A DNA stretch of 64,000 bases from Octopus vulgaris (Eukaryota): the NCBI GenBank assembly GCA_951406725.2, contig OX597828.1:1240001-1304000 (forward strand), given 5' to 3'. The translations under genes and the position numbers were made by a program. How positions within the stretch are numbered: position 1 is the stretch's first letter; each line of letters opens with the position of its first letter. This document shows positions 63,182 through 64,000 of the stretch, piece after piece. The notes beneath the pieces are model-generated. The model had not been told where the DNA came from, made no database searches, and saw only the letters and a list, made by a program, of their open reading frames with translations.

Positions 63182-63308
63182 ATCTTACAGCTGTTTCGGC
63201 CATGTCGATAATTATGTCTCATTTTACCAATATTAACCCTTTATGGTTGGTCAATATATAGATATAAATGAGACATTAACAAAAATATCACAAGGCCTCT
63301 TTGGAGAT
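63182..63308 (-). ncRNA. Hammerhead-like motif with ~100-nt extended stem II
   Basis: AUCU-CCAAAGA-GGCC...(AUGUCUCAUUU/AAAUGAGACAU; AUAUUGACC/GGUUAAUAU)...GGCC-GAAAC-AGCU-GUA-AGAU. The core is mutated in this copy. Confidence 0.55.
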
Positions 63309-63911
63309 TATGTAATATAACTCAGTCTACATATATACCCACATGGGTGTGGGTGCGTACCCACAATACAACATATAAATATACATATGAGTGCATATAC
63401 TCACACTCCTATACATATAAAAATATACATTTACATAATGATATAAATAAATAATATAAATTAGTAAACATATATGTGTTCCACACTCAATGTCTCAGTT
63501 TTTCGACTTAATATTGTGATAATAAACATACACAAATTAATACCTAGATGCAAATATACATAGTCAATAGTACATTATATTACTTCATAATAGTTTCTAA
63601 AGTGTCATTAAAGTTAGTATCATTATCGTTGTCAATACCATTAATGTTATCATTGTTATCATTCATAATATTATTAATAACTCTTACATTATGATCCAGA
63701 GCGGAATATATGTATGTCCGTGTTCCAGTTAATAATTTTCCTTATGGCATAAATACACTATTAGATTTGAATTTAAAATTATCATTATCTTCCTCACGGT
63801 TGGTCAATTGAGAACCGCCCGACCTCCACCACACCGTACAAGCAAAACATACACATCCACATCTAACCCTAAACCCATACATCCACACAGGCTCACACAC
63901 ACATGAATACA

Positions 63912-64000
63912 CTCCGACACTAGGTAACAGAAGCTGTCAACTACTTGTAGTTTTTCTCCCTGGAATGTGATGGCAGTTGTTCTCTGCACATTTTCAGTGT
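63912..64000 (-). mobile_element. RTE-like LINE fragment running off the window
   Basis: ITFQGEKLQVVDSFCYL matches the family at ~7240-7290 and ~11820-11880. Confidence 0.8.

Overview
AT-rich, repeat-saturated animal genomic DNA. The SINE/LINE families and (TA)n load resemble a coleoid cephalopod, probably Octopus (inferred, not provable from the sequence). The only host gene I can support is a + strand three-repeat Myb (R1R2R3) transcription factor. Five GT-AG exons (3653-3805, 14585-14688, 21156-21284, 30667-30832, probable 37087-37141) splice in frame. The 5' exons lie upstream of the window, and I recognise no further exon after 37141. Everything else is intronic: decayed mariner/Tc1, piggyBac, Helitron, Gypsy, RTE- and CR1-like LINEs, tRNA-derived SINEs and several Penelope-like elements (PLEs). 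Most listed ORFs are microsatellite or antisense artefacts. The best 'hidden system' candidate is a set of small ORF-less elements in (TA)n tracts with inverted or partial-tandem termini and type I hammerhead-ribozyme-like folds, some canonical and some with variant cores. They sit beside PLE RT/GIY-YIG remnants and look like retrozyme-type non-autonomous elements. PLE-associated hammerheads are already known in general, so novelty would lie in these families and variants. Also notable is a ~960-bp piece of Myb intron ending at a SINE 3' end, copied 28 kb downstream into a PLE endonuclease. Folds and alignments were done by eye, and coordinates of decayed elements are approximate.
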